NCBI RefSeq assembly: GCF_009914755.1
Contig: NC_060927.1
DNA length: 64,000 nt
Source: the human T2T-CHM13v2.0 reference genome, Homo sapiens
Direction: 5' to 3' (one strand)
How positions within the stretch are numbered: the stretch's first letter is position 1; each line of letters begins with the position of its first letter. The position numbers were made by a program, and so were the translations under genes. Shown here one piece after another: positions 16,941-33,879 of the stretch. Under the pieces are notes generated by a model. It ran no database searches. It saw only the letters and a program-made list of their open reading frames with translations, and was not told the DNA's origin.

Positions 16941-18744
16941 AAGATGCTCAAAATCTTTTATCAATTGTTGACCCTTTAAAATCCCCACAATATATCTTGA
17001 CGGTAAACTAAAATGGTATTTAGTTTATAATGGAAAGCATTAATAGGATATGTAGAATATTAGATTTAGAACCCGGGCGTATGAATCTTAGCATAATGCT
17101 TCCTGGGAAATTCTGAAATTGATTCCATTTCTGCCGTTACAAACACACACGAAGTTCCTAGTTCACTGGGACTTCCTGATTTGTTCTTTTAGCTTGCTCC
17201 TTCTCACCTAGAAGCTCTGTTTATTTCTGAGCAACCCTGGGGCTTGTCTCATAGGACAGGATTTATTTATCTCATCAAGGCTGAGTGTGCCTTAGGAAGT
17301 CATAAACATAAAAAGAGAAGAAAAAAAAAAAACAGAATATGAGAGTTGTAAGCCTTCCTACTGCTGAGATACTAAGTTACAATGGGTTGAATTTAGGATA
17401 TGCAATAGTCTGGCTTCTAAACCCTGATAGTGTTTATTTATAGCAGGTTAGTGGCTGTGGGGTAGGGAGGTTATAGAGGATTAGCGTCTCATGGAAAGGC
17501 TCTTATACTTAAAAGTGGTACCACTGGCTCAGGGCAGTTTCAGAGGGTATGTGCCGGGAACAGGGATATTAATTGCGGAGCTGGCTGGCCTCGTGCTGGA
17601 AGAGATGGTATCAAATAGAGCAGCTTAGGCCCTGCTGCTGCTGATTTTCTTTTTTACACTGATGATATATTAGTTACTTTAGTATTTTGTGCAAAGCTAT
17701 ACAAATGTGTGTGAAATCCTTTGTCATCCCCCATTCTGCTGGAAAGTGAAGTAAAAAGCTACTTGTATTCTAGCAATCGTAGCAATTTTTGGAAAGTTTA
17801 AATTATTGGGGTAAATTCCTGGTATTTTTTGTTTGTTGAAGCTTGATAGAGCCCCTTGTGTGTGTGTATAAGAAATAATAGCATAAAGATTTAAAAATAG
17901 TCTCGGAAAAAAATAAGTTGCATACATGTTATTTGTCTTAAGTGCTATGGTGTCCTAAGCACCTCTGTATGAGGAAAGGAGTAAATCTGTTATTTTCCTT
18001 TATACTGAGAACGATTGTTTTGCATTGAACCTTTCGGTTATGAAATACCTGGCTTCACTACTTAAAAAATTAACTAGCAGTGGATAACAGAGTAGCTTTG
18101 CTGGCACCGTACTAGTCTAGTAGCACAGTGGACCCAATGGATTCATCTGTCATATCTGTCATATTACTGAACATTATACAAACTCTTCCCTAAACTAAGG
18201 GTATTTTTAATGCAGAGCTTTGATGCCATGTAAAATTTCCTCATGTAACACAAATGATGTGCTTATTCTGATTACAGTTTTATTTCATGGGTCCCTGTCA
18301 ATTTTTATAATGATAATGTCACAGTAATAACATGGTTAATGATAAATGAGAATTAAGGCATGTAGCATTTCCTATTACCCACCTTACAACATACACATTT
18401 CTGTAGTTTTTTTCAGTCCAGTGGTGGAGAAGGTGGGGGATATACAGGAAGCCATAACTCTTATGAATTATTTGACCAGTTTTTCATTCCATATCTCATA
18501 GATAATTGTAGAGTATAGGACCTGTATCCATTGTACCTGATACAACAGATACATGTAAAGCAGATAGGGAGGAAACAGTATAATTTTTATCAATACTGAC
18601 GCTAGAGTTTTTCCATAGGAAGAACTTATGAACAGTAATTTGATTGAGGTGGAGGTTCTTTTTGGTACCCAAGGTACTACCATGATTTTACATATAAAAT
18701 ATAACTTTTGCCCCAGCTACTAAATTCAATAAACAACATCTCTA

Positions 18745-19110
<366 letters not shown>

Positions 19111-19346
19111 TTACCCAGTTTAATCATATAGGCATGCTATTAGGAAAAATATGTAAAATAGACTTAAAGATGTAGAAAGCATTCCTTAAATTATTGAAAG
19201 TCATATTTTAGAAAATGAAATGTATGTAGTGGATTTAATTGTAATGTCTATATGTCTGTTTTTAAAAATATTTTTTCCTGTTTTTAATTAACATCAGAAT
19301 TTAACAACTCTTCATTTCTCAATTATTGATTTTTGTTTTCTTCTAG

Positions 19347-19452
19347 GGGCCACCTTATCTTAGTTCCAGAATTTAGTCTTCCTTTGGAATACTACCTAAT
19401 TCCCTTCCTTATCATAGTGGGCATCTGTCTCATCTTGATAGTCATTTTCATG
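19347..19452 (+). CDS. RNF13: RNF13 exon encoding the transmembrane helix: (G)GHLILVPEFSLPLEYYLIPFLIIVGICLILIVIFM
   Basis: ttttcttctag acceptor and ATG|gtaggt donor; 106 nt, phase 2 to 0; hydrophobic stretch of about 21 aa. Confidence 0.97.
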
Positions 19453-19489
19453 GTAGGTACATTAACTTTTAATAATTTTTAAAAAATAG

Positions 19490-20090
19490 TATGGATGAAT
19501 CTAAAAACATTGTATTGAGTGAGAGAATTTAAACAATGTGTACATAAAAGAGTACATATTATATAAATTCATTTATGTGAAGTTCTAGAAAAAACAAAGA
19601 TAATGTGAATAGGAAAAAGTAAGAATGGTGATTTCCTCTGCCGCGGGGGGTTAGAGAGAAGTGATCGATTTACTGAAAAGAGTATAAGGGAACTTTTGGG
19701 GGATGACAGTCGTGTTCTGTATCTTGTTAGAGATGTGGGTTGCAAAAATGCATGGCATTTGTCTGGATTCACAAAATTAATTGTGTTGTACATTTCATTA
19801 TATGTAAATTTTACCTCAAAACGAATTGCAAAAAAAATTTACTAAACCTAGTAATGACATGCATGCCAAAGTATTTTAGGGAAAGTACACTGATATCTGC
19901 AACTTACTTTAAAATACACTGTAAAAAAATAAGAGGAAAAAGTAAGATGTATTGATGGGTAAATAGGGTTGTGACAAAAAGCACAGTAAAATGTTAATTA
20001 TAGAATCCAGGTGGATATATGGGTATTTATTATAAAATTCAACTCTTCTGTATGTTTGAAATTTTTTATATTAAAGTATGAAAAAAATAA
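19490..20090 (+). mobile_element. Old L1M 3' end (sense)
   Basis: atggatgaatctaaaaacattgtattgagtga...ttctgtatgtttgaaattttttata L1ME/MD-type 3'UTR motifs. Confidence 0.6.
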
Positions 20091-20137
20091 TGTGAGAGCT
20101 TAAGGTTAAGGGGGAATGACATATTATTTCTCCATAA

Positions 20138-20430
20138 CGGTGGTTATCAAAATACGGTTACAAGACTATTAGTAGGTCTGCAAGCTCAAAATTATTATGT
20201 AATAATATTAAGGTAGTATTTCCTTTGGTCACTCTCATTCTCTTAGAGGTGTACAGTAAAAATTTCTATAGGCTACATGATGTGCAATATCAAAATATTT
20301 GAAAACAGAAGCAGTTTGAAAATCCCTCTGTATTCTATTTGGACAGATATTAAAATAGATTTGCAAAGATATAAAACAGTCCCACTCTTCTTGCCAACTT
20401 CTTTGTCATAAAGAATACATATTTTCATAT
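20138..20430. mobile_element. Charlie1-type hAT DNA transposon fragment
   Basis: cactctcattctc...gtgtacagt...ggctacatgatgtg...agatttgcaaagatataaaacagtcccactcttct resembles the Charlie1 end. Confidence 0.7.
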
Positions 20431-20709
20431 TCAGTACATTTATTATTGTATTGAATTCATAGATTAGTTTAAAGATTAAATGCTATCTTTAAAATGTTCA
20501 GTCTTCCTATGATGCTATGGTATTTTTAAATTTACTTATTTAGGCCTTTCCATCAGTTAAATAATTTTTTTCCTATAAATGTTTTGCATGTCTTTTTTTA
20601 GACTTATTACACATATAGTAAGTTTTTCTTGCTACCAAAAAAAGGATTTTTGAAATTATATTTTTTAATTGGCTATTCTTATAATTGAGTATTAGAGCAT
20701 TGCTTTTTA

Positions 20710-21725
20710 TTAAACATTTAATTTTGGAATAATGTTAAGATTTACAGAAAGTTTGCAAAGAAGAGAATTCCTGTTCATCCGTCATCTACTTTCCCGCATT
20801 GTTAACATTTTACATTGCCAGGAGACTTTTGTCAAAACTAAGAAACTGACATTGGTACATTACTGTTAACTAAACTCCACATTTTGGATTTTACCAGGTT
20901 TTTCATTAATGTACTCTTTCTGTTCCAGGATCAAATCCAGGATACCACATTGTATTTCATTATCCTGTCTTCCCTCTGGTCTATGACAATTTTGCTGTTC
21001 TTGTTTTTCATGGCCTTGATAATTTTGAGTACTAGCCAGGTATCCTGTAGAATGTCTCTCAACCTGATTTTTTTCTCATGATTAGACAAGGCTACAGGTT
21101 TTTCAAAAGAGTATCACAGACGTGAAGTGCCCTTCTCATCACATCATATTTGAGGGTATATGGTATCTGTAGAACATCACTGATGATGCTAACCTTCATC
21201 CCTTGGTTAAGGTAGTGTTTGCTGAATTTCTCCACTTATAAAGTTAATATTTTTTCCTTTTTCTACTCTTTTCTTTCTTTAGAAGTGAGGCACTAACTAT
21301 AGCCCACCCTTAAGCTGGGAAGGGGAGGGCATATCTGCATTATTTGAAATTCTTCTACAAGGAAGATTTTTCTCTTCTCAGCATTTATTTATTCAACCAC
21401 TTTCATTAGTATACACTCATGTATATTTATTTTACACTTAGGTTATAATCCAGTAATATTCATACATTATTTTTGTTTTTTGATTGTTTTTAAATTGTTT
21501 AACTTTGGCTCTTGTCATGCTGGATCTTGTGTTCCTTTGATTCAACGCTATCCCTTTTTTTTATTATTAAGCACTTCTTGACTACTATCTTGTACTATAA
21601 GATGCTTCAGGTTCATCTTATATTTTTTATATTTTTCTTGTCCCAGCCCTAGCATCAGACCTTTTCCCAGGGAGTCATGTTTTTTTTAATTAGAGAGCTA
21701 TATTTAGAAAGCAAGGTTTGGTCAG
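20710..21725 (-). mobile_element. L1MC4-like 3' end
   Basis: agatttacagaaagtttgcaaag...caggatcaaatccaggataccacattgtattt motifs. Confidence 0.65.
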
Positions 21726-21811
21726 GGGACATTATAGATTTTTATATATTAATCATGTAATCATGTCATTAATCATGTAATCATGTAACAAATTCCATTA
21801 TGGTAATTTGT

Positions 21812-22320
<509 letters not shown>

Positions 22321-22762
22321 GTCAAGAACAGGAAATGGATGTCTATTGTTGTACCTCCTTTAACATTGTGCTATATTTTTTGGGAAAATAAAGGGGAAAA
22401 AGCAGTATAAGTCGTGGACATAAATCAGATTTTTATTTGCTTGACTTTTTTAAATGGGTACTGGATTATATGTTTTTTATCTGTTGTAATAATAATTGGT
22501 TTTTCTCTCTTTTATCATGTTTGTGTTGGGTTACATTAATATGCTTTGTAAATTTTGAAATTCCTTATATTCTGGGGATAAATCCTGTTTATGATGTATA
22601 AATTTTGTCCTTACATCTCTGGATTATTCAGATTTCTAATATAGATTAATTTTTTATACTTGGATATCGATGTAAAAATTCTAGAATATTAGCAATCTGG
22701 ATATTCAGGTAAAAGAAAACTTCGGTTTTATGGGGCCACCTTGACATCAAAACTAGACAATC

Positions 22763-23395
22763 CCTTGAGCACTGTTGGTAGGAAGGTAGAATGGAACAAC
22801 CACTAAAGAATACAGTATGGCAACTCCTCAAAAAATAAAACATGGATCTGGTAATTCCACTTCTGGGTATATACCAAAAAGAATTCAAAGCAAAGACTCG
22901 AATAGATATTTGTACACCATGTTTATAGCAATATTATTTACAATAGCCAATGATGAAAGCAACCCAAGTGTACATTGATGGATGAAGGGATAAACAAGAT
23001 GTGGAATATGCATACAATGGAATATTATTCAGTGTTATTAAGGAAGGAAATTCTGACACATGCTACCACATAGATGAAACTTGACTTTATGCTACGTGAA
23101 ATAAGCCAGTCACAAAAGGACAAATACTGATTCTACTTACACGAGGTACCTGGAGTAGCCAAATTCATAGAGACAGAAACTAGAATGGTGGTTGCCAGGG
23201 ACTGAGGGGACTGAGGAAGGGGGAGTTATTGTTTAATGGATACAGAGTTTCAGCTTAATAAGATGAAGGCTGTGAATGGATGGTAGTGATGGTAGCACAA
23301 CAGTATGAATGTACTTAAGCCATCGAACTGTACACTTAAACGTGGTTGAGATAGTAAGGTTTATGTTGTGTATATTTTACTGTAATTTTAAAATT
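22763..23395 (+). mobile_element. L1MB-type 3' end (sense), 5'-truncated
   Basis: ccacttctgggtatatacc...aaattcatagagacagaaa...gaactgtacacttaaa; TSD-like aactag(a/g)caatc at 22751 and 23396. Confidence 0.8.
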
Positions 23396-23997
23396 AACTA
23401 GGCAATCAAAATTATAGCCTCATAAAACTAAGCTTTCTCTTACTTTCTAAAATAGTTTTTTTTTTTTAAAGAAAATTGGGGTTATCTGTTACTTGACATT
23501 TTTGTAGAGGATGCCTATAAAATCATCTAGGTCTAGTGACCTTCTCATAGTTATATAGACATTCAGATGGTTTTCCAGTTCCTACTAAAGTGTATTTCTA
23601 AGAAATTTCCTGTTTTCAAGTGTAGTGGAATAAAGTGATTTATAATATTCATATACTCAAATAACAATTTAAAGAGAATTTCTACTATTTGTGGAATAAG
23701 TTATCTTTATTCATATCCATCTGTGCCTTTCACAATGTTGTCAGAAATTATTGCCTTATTAGTCTTTCAAAGAAGTAGGCTTTCATTCAATAAATATTTA
23801 TTCTGTACCTATGGTGAACTAGGCACCGTTCAAGGGTCTGCAGATTCATCAGTAAACAAAATCGGTAAAAATCCCTGATGTTAAGTAGCTTACATTTTAG
23901 TAGAACTTAATGCTAAATTCTTTACTTTCTTTATTTTTATCATGAATTTTTGTTCTTATCATTTTCTTTCTTCTACCTTGTCTGGTTGTATGTCTGG

Positions 23998-24208
23998 TTG
24001 TTGATTCCCTTGGGGTTTCAGCATAGAAGCAAGAAAGTAGAGAGTAAGTTAGAAAACCAAAAAACAAACAAACAAAAATACCCTTGGAAAACCAGGAGTA
24101 CAAGTAAATAACCTTATACAGATAAAAAATATAGACTAAAAACTTAAAATAAACATTATTAAATGGTGAAATGCTAGAAGCCTTCCCTTGAAACTCAAGA
24201 ACAGCGGG
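23998..24208 (+). repeat. Second (inserted) copy of the approximately 210-bp duplication
   Basis: ttgttgattcccttgggg...aactcaagaacagcggg, matching 21812-22022. Confidence 0.95.
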
Positions 24209-24744
24209 TTGTATGGCTTTTCTTTTTCTAGTTTATTCAGCTAAATGCTTATTTTTTTCTTTCTAGTATATGCATTTAGGTTATAAATTTTTCTACAACA
24301 ATAACTTTAGCTGAAACCCACAACTTTTGATAAGGAAAATTCTTACTTTCATTTGACTTAAATTTAAAAGTTTTTCATTTTAATATAGGATGTTTCTTTA
24401 TCACTCTTAATGTTTCAATCCATATGAAGGGGGAACTCTAGTTACTATGACTCTTAGCTGTTCTCTGCCCATTTACTCTTTCCACCTTAGAGGAGATAAA
24501 GTGTCTTATCTGACACTTTAGGAAGGGCAAATTGGGCACACTTGGTTCAGCTCCACCATCTTTGTTTTGTTATTAACCTGACTTTGGGACATAGATGTTC
24601 ATTCAGCTCCTCCAGGGTTAGGGCTGGTTCTGCAATTCTGCGGCAGAGTGAAGGGAAGGCCTACTTCATTCCAAAGTTGTCTTTGTCTATATCTAAGTGG
24701 CTAAGGCAACCTAATTCTATTGCTCAATAAAAAATTCTGTTTCT

Positions 24745-24818
24745 TGCACTGCACGGGGGTCATGCTAATCTTCTCTGTATCATTCCAATTTTAGTATATG
24801 TGTTGCTGAAACGAGTAC
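24745..24818 (-). pseudogene. U6 snRNA retropseudogene, 3'-truncated (about the first 70 nt), no poly(A)
   Basis: The reverse complement reads gtactcgtttcagcaacacatatactaaaattggaatgatacagagaagattagcatgacccccgtgca, matching the U6 5' end including the ACAGAGA box; 16-bp direct repeats (14/16 match) at 24729-24744 and 24819-24834. Confidence 0.92.
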
Positions 24819-25371
24819 AGAAAGTTCTGTTTCTGTCTCCAGTGAGAAACACTTCCTCCTTCTGGCCAGTTCATGGTCTTATTTCTCAAGTTATTTAGAA
24901 TCCAGGTGGCAAAGGGGCGCATGCTGATTATAACACCCCCTCAGAAACGTAGATATTCATTATGATTTGTTCTGTGACTTATGAATTACTTCAGTACAGT
25001 TTTACATTTCCAAAATATGTATTTTTTTCTATTGATTTCTAATTCAGTTGTGTTGAGGTAAGAAAACATTGTATGTTATGGATTCTTTGGTTATTTTCAA
25101 AAACCTCCTTTGTGGCATGGTTTTCTGATTAAATTTTGTAAACATTCCATGTGTGTGAAAAGATGTGAAGTGCAGTTCTATGTCCATTAGTTCGAACTTG
25201 TGAATTTGTTTTGTCTAGTCTTTTAACAGCTTTATTGAGACATAATTAATGTAACTTAAAATTAACTCATTTAAAGTACACAATTCAATAATTTTAAGTA
25301 TCTTCACAGAATTATGCAACCATCACCACAATCGTTAATAATTTTCTGCGTTCTTTTTCTATTTTCTGAAG

Positions 25372-25687
25372 CAGTGCTAAGAATAGAACAATATTATGAG
25401 CCACATTTTATTGTAATTTTAAATTTTCTGGTAGCCAAATTTAAAAGGTTAAAAAAAGGAAACAGATGAGATTAATTTTAATACTATATTTATTTAACTC
25501 AATAAATCTAAAATATATAACAACATTCAGTTAATACAAATATATGATATTTTTATATTCTTTTTGTATAGTGTCTTTGTAATCTGGTGTCTATTTTATA
25601 CTTACAGCACATCCCAGTTCAGACTATCTATGTTTCAAGTGCTCAGTAGTCACATGTACTTGGTGGCTACCATATTGGACAGCACAG
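25372..25687. mobile_element. MER33 hAT-Charlie MITE
   Basis: gagccaca...aattttaaattttctggtagcca...tttcaagtgctcagtagtcacatg...tggctaccatattggacagcacag. Confidence 0.8.
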
Positions 25688-25880
25688 GTCTATAGTCTTC
25701 TAAATTTTTTGTGTGCTTAAGCTATAAGTTGCCGAGCTTGTGAATGTATGTATTTCACTATTTTGTTTCTAGATGAGGTGTTGTTTTTATTGTTGTCATG
25801 ACTCTCCTAATGATGCTTTTTGCCTTAAATTCTATTGCTTGATATTCTAGCTTTTCTTTTGCTTAATATTTTCATGGTAG

Positions 25881-26198
25881 ATCTTTATCCCTTTATTTTA
25901 TTTTGTATGTTAATTTGGTTATTTTATGCAGGGTCTTGCTCTATCACCCAGGCTGGAGTACAGTGGCACAATCATAGCTCACTATAACCTCAAGTGATCC
26001 TCCCACCTCAGCCTCCCAAGTAGCTGGGACTAGAGGTGCACATCACCATGCCCAGCTAATTGTTTTTTTTTTTTTTTTGTAGAGATGGGGCCTCTCTGTG
26101 TTGCTTAGGCTAGTCTCAAACTCCTGGGCTCAAGCAGTCCTTCAGCCTTGGCCTCCCAAAGCACTGGAATTACAGGTGTGAGCCACTGCACCTGGTCC
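25881..26198 (-). mobile_element. AluJ
   Basis: Diverged dimer; TSD tatccctttatttt. Confidence 0.88.
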
Positions 26199-26509
26199 TA
26201 TCCCTTTATTTTTTACTTTTATTTTTGTCCTAATGTATCATTCAGTTTTAATCTTGTGTCTTGTAAATAGCATATGATCGGAATTTTTTTCTTATACAAT
26301 GTGATACACTCCTTTTGAAAACGGTGGATTTAATCCATTTAACATATATTGTGATCACACATGTATTTGGATTAATTTCTATTGTTTACTTTTTATTCTG
26401 TATTTTCTTCTGTGTAAATTTGCAATAATAACTTTTACTTTCTTTTTCCTATTGATATGAAAATTTGCATTATATTGCTGTTCTTTTAGTGGTTACCATT
26501 AAACTTTAA

Positions 26510-27950
26510 AAAAATTTATGGAGGTATGATTTGATATAATAAATTACACATATTTAAATTGTACACTTTGGTAAGTTTTGATGTAGGTTTATAAGCATAT
26601 ATATCACTTATGCATATGTATATCACATATATCATCCATATGTAACAGATATGTATGTGTATACCTGCGAAACCACCACCACCACAATCAAGATAATGAA
26701 ATATTAACCACCCTAAAAAGTTTGGCAATGCCTTCCTTCTACCCCTTCCAACTTTTCCTTCATCCTCCCCTCACTACCCTTCTCCATGCCCAGACAACTA
26801 CAAATCTGATTTTAGTCACTATAGATTACTTTGCATTTTCTACAGCTTTATATAAATGGAATCATAAAGTCTGTACTCTTTTGTGTCTGTCTTCTTTCTG
26901 TCACCGTAATTATTTTGAGATTTGTATATGTTATTGAGTGCATGGATTGTTCATTCCTTTTTATTGCTGAGATATATTCCATTGTGTGAATATACCATGA
27001 TTTGTTTACCCATTTACCTATTGATCAACATTTGGGTTGTTTCTAGTTTTTGGCTATTACAAATAAAGCTGACATGGACATTTGTTGTATGGAAATATGC
27101 TTTCATTTCTATTGGGTAAGTATATCTAGGAGCAGGACAGTTGGGTCACAGGATAAATGTGTGTTTAGATTCATAAGAAATTGCCAAGCTCTTTTCCAAA
27201 GTGGTTGTACCATTTTACAATCCCACCAGAAAGTGTATGAGAGTGCCAGTCCCTCCACTTCCGTGCCAACGCTTGGTATAGTCAGTGTTTTACATTTTAG
27301 TCACCCTAATAGGTATATTGTATTATAGTATTTATGATTTGAATTTTTGTTTTCCTATTGACTACTAGTAGACATTGCACATCTCTTCAAGAGCTTATTT
27401 GCTGTTTGTCTTGTATAGTGAAGTATCTTCAAATATTTTGTCCATTTTCTGTTGGGTAACTTGTTTTCTTATTATTGAGTTTTGAGAGGTTTTTATATAT
27501 ATTCTGGATACAAATCCCTTATCTTGTATACAATTTGCAAATATTTTATTTCAGTCTGTGGCTCATCTGTATTTTTCATTTTTAAATTTTATTTATGTAT
27601 TCATTTACTTATTTATGTTTTGGAGACAGGCCCTCACTCTGTTGTGCAGGCTGGAGTACAGTGGCACAAACATGAGTCACTGCAGCCTTGACATCCTGGG
27701 CTCAAATGATTCTCACACTTCAGCCGCCCAAGTAGCTGGAAATACAGGCACACGGCAATGCGCCAGGCTAATTTTTTTCTTTTTAGAGATGGGGTCTCAC
27801 TATGTTGCCCAGGCTGGTCTTGATTTCCTGGCCTCAAACAGTCCTCCCACTTCAGTTGTCTTTTATTTTTTTAACAGTGCCTTTTAAGCAGAGAAGTTCT
27901 TAACTTTGACATAGTCAAATTTTTCCTTTACAGAGGGTGTTTTTGGTATT
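26510..27950 (-). mobile_element. Old L1M 3' region with a nested AluJ (about 27582-27855)
   Basis: Antisense L1 3'UTR motifs (tataaatggaatcataaagt, ccaaagtggttgtaccattttac). Confidence 0.75.
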
Positions 27951-28503
27951 TGGTTTTTGGCCCTGTGTACTTTCTTTTTATTCTTGCAAGCATAGCAATT
28001 TATAGTTTAAAATATTTTGTACATTTTATCCGGCATTTCTGAATATTTGTAGTGAAGGTGTTCTGCATTATTTCTGCCTGTTATTCTGTAGTAACTAATA
28101 AGTGTATGTTTGAAATTTTTATCAGTTTGTAATATATAGGAATATCAACCTTCCCATTCTTTTTTTTTTTTTTTTTTTTACCCATTGGAGTCTTTATAAA
28201 ATCTATAGTTTACCATTTGTATTTTTGCAAGCAAACAGTTATATGATTTTTATAATGTCTCCGTAGGTAATTCAAAGATAATCAAGATCAATTAATAAAA
28301 AATTCAAGGGGTAATTCATGGGTTAACTAATCACTAATGTAATTTAATGCTTTAATTAACAATACTATTGCAATTAGAATTTAAATGAATTGAATTGATT
28401 TGCAGTAGCTATCCAGAAACTTAAAAGATATTTGTTATTTTAATGGTCACTTTCTCTTTGCACATTTAATATCTGACTCCTTTTTTTACTCTTTTATTTT
28501 TAG

Positions 28504-28597
28504 ATCACAAAATTTGTCCAGGATAGACATAGAGCTAGAAGAAACAGACTTCGTAAAGATCAACTTAAGAAACTTCCTGTACATAAATTCAAGAAAG
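28504..28597 (+). CDS. RNF13: RNF13 exon, basic cytosolic juxtamembrane segment: ITKFVQDRHRARRNRLRKDQLKKLPVHKFKK(G)
   Basis: tttattttttag acceptor and AAG|gtaagt donor; 94 nt, phase 0 to 1. The next exon (RING, GDEYDVCAIC...) was not found in the window. Confidence 0.97.
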
Positions 28598-28662
28598 GTA
28601 AGTATTTGTTTTCTAAATAATTATCCTTAGTTTATTTAAGACTGCAGGGTGACTATACTCTT

Positions 28663-29659
<997 letters not shown>

Positions 29660-30621
29660 GACTATACTCTTATACTACCTTCTGTGTCCCTACCATAAAC
29701 TATGCCTAACGCTAAGTAGACTTTCAGTTAAGAATGAATGAATAAATAAATGAATGAATGAATGTGAGAGATGATGTTTTGCTGTGATCTGGTGAAAGCA
29801 GGAGAAGGATGCACAGTCTGCAGAGAATTTAAAAACAATAATTAAACTAACCAAAATGCTTGTAAATATTATCACCATGTGCCATTAGTTCTAAACAATG
29901 TCAGTAGATAAAATATTTTTCTGTACCAGGTGAACTACTCTCACTTACCTTCCTCCTATTCTGTCTCCCACAATATAACACTGTATAGTGTTGTATTAAC
30001 TAAACACATAGGTAGGTAGCTGTTATATATCATCACTTATATATATCATCTTAATTTTCATACTTCTATGAACTGTATACTCTTATTATTTTCCCTTTAT
30101 AGATGAGGAAAAATCGGGTCAGGGACATTAGGAATTTTAATATCACATAGCCAGTATTGACAGAACTAGAGGAGAGGTGTGACTATAATACCATAGCCAA
30201 TGTAAGTTTCCCCTATAGTATAGTTTCTCTGTGATTTAGTGACCTTTTAGTGCAGATACCTACTTGATAAATCCTTTTGGCTGGCACTTCCCAGACTTCA
30301 TTTTCATATACCAGTAAAAATATTCTGTTTTTTAATTCAGCAGTGAAAAAGTGTAGGGAGTGGAGGGAGAAAATAGAGAAAAAGGCAATAAAACATAGTT
30401 CTGCCACATTTTTATTTTTCAAATAATAAAATGTTTTATAAACCTGCCATTTACCATTAACATTAAAAAATAGAACACTTAACAAAAAAAAGTAGGAAAA
30501 AGAACATCATGTTAAAATAAAGAAATGAATAGACATTTCTAAAAATGCACTGCATTTTACATTTACATTATTATTATACAGTGATTTACATTATCATTAT
30601 ACAGTGTGGATTAGTTAATAG

Positions 30622-30759
30622 TTTTTTTTTGTTTTGTTTTTAAGAGATGGGGTCTCACTGTGTTGCTCAGGCTGAACTTGAACTCCTGAGCTCAAGTGAT
30701 CATCCCACCTCAGCTTCTCATGTAGCTAAGACTATAGGCATGTGCCACTGGGCCCAGCC
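30622..30759 (-). mobile_element. FLAM-type Alu monomer
   Basis: Poly-T followed by a single left-arm monomer (gagatggggtctcactgtgttgctcaggctg...). Confidence 0.8.
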
Positions 30760-30854
30760 TGGATTAAAGATTTCCACATAGACCAGAACTAGTTTGAAGA
30801 TTAGGAATTACTTTTTTAGGCTTCATTTTGTGTGTTTAAAAATATGTTTAAAAT

Positions 30855-32560
<1,706 letters not shown>

Positions 32561-33567
32561 GAACCCATCAGCATAACTGTTTTTCTCTATGGAGTGGTGT
32601 TTATCATCACTTTTTTCAAAATGTGAAGTATAACATTTATACAGAAGAGTATGTAGAATACATATTTCTAGAATCATCCAGTTCAAGAGATAGAACATTA
32701 CTGCCACCCCAGGAGCTGTTATGTTCCCTTCTAGATAAATAATCCTTTCTTGTCCTCTGGAGGTAATCACTATCCTGGTTTATGATAATTTCACTGCCTT
32801 TCTCAAGTTGTACCACATACGAATGCATACCTAAACAGTTGGCTTAATTTTGCCTATTTTTGAATTGTATTTTTCTTACCTCTGATTAATTTTTTAATGA
32901 AATTTATACACTTAGTTGCATTTAGGTATAGTTCATTTACTTTCATTCTGTCTTTTAAAGATTTTACTTACCCACTTTACTGTTAATTGACATTCTTTTT
33001 TTTTCAGTTTAGGGCTATTATAAATCATACTTTTGAGAATATACTTGTACATATATCCTGGTGCATATGTCCATGAATTTCTTTAGCATATATACCTAGA
33101 AGTAGATTAATTTGATCATAGTATATAGCTATTTTCAATTTTATTGGGTAATGCAAAATCATTTCCAAAGTGATTGATGGTACCAATTTCTACTCTCACC
33201 AACAGTCTATAGGAGTTCCTGTTGTTCTATGTATTTATCCAATACTTTGTACTGATGGACTTTTAAATTTTAGCATTCTGGTGGGTTTATAACTCGTTGT
33301 TTTACTTTTTATTTCCCTTCTTGCAATGAGGTTAAATATCTGTTCACATTATTTGCCAGTTGGATTTTCACTTTCACGAAGTACCTTTCATGATATATGC
33401 CCGTGTGTCTGTTTCATATATGGGAGGAATTCTTTATATGTTCCTACAAGCCTCCAGAGGGAGGCGTAGAGTATGGCAATTTAGTTCTTCAATAATTCTT
33501 GTGTTTTAACTGTCTTTTTCTAGTTTATGGACCAGAATTCTTGCCTTTCATGGTAGTATTCTTCTAT

Positions 33568-33879
<312 letters not shown>

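Noticed and set aside
24745-24818. Functional U6 gene
   Set aside because: Truncated, carries substitutions, is TSD-flanked and has no recognisable PSE/TATA upstream.
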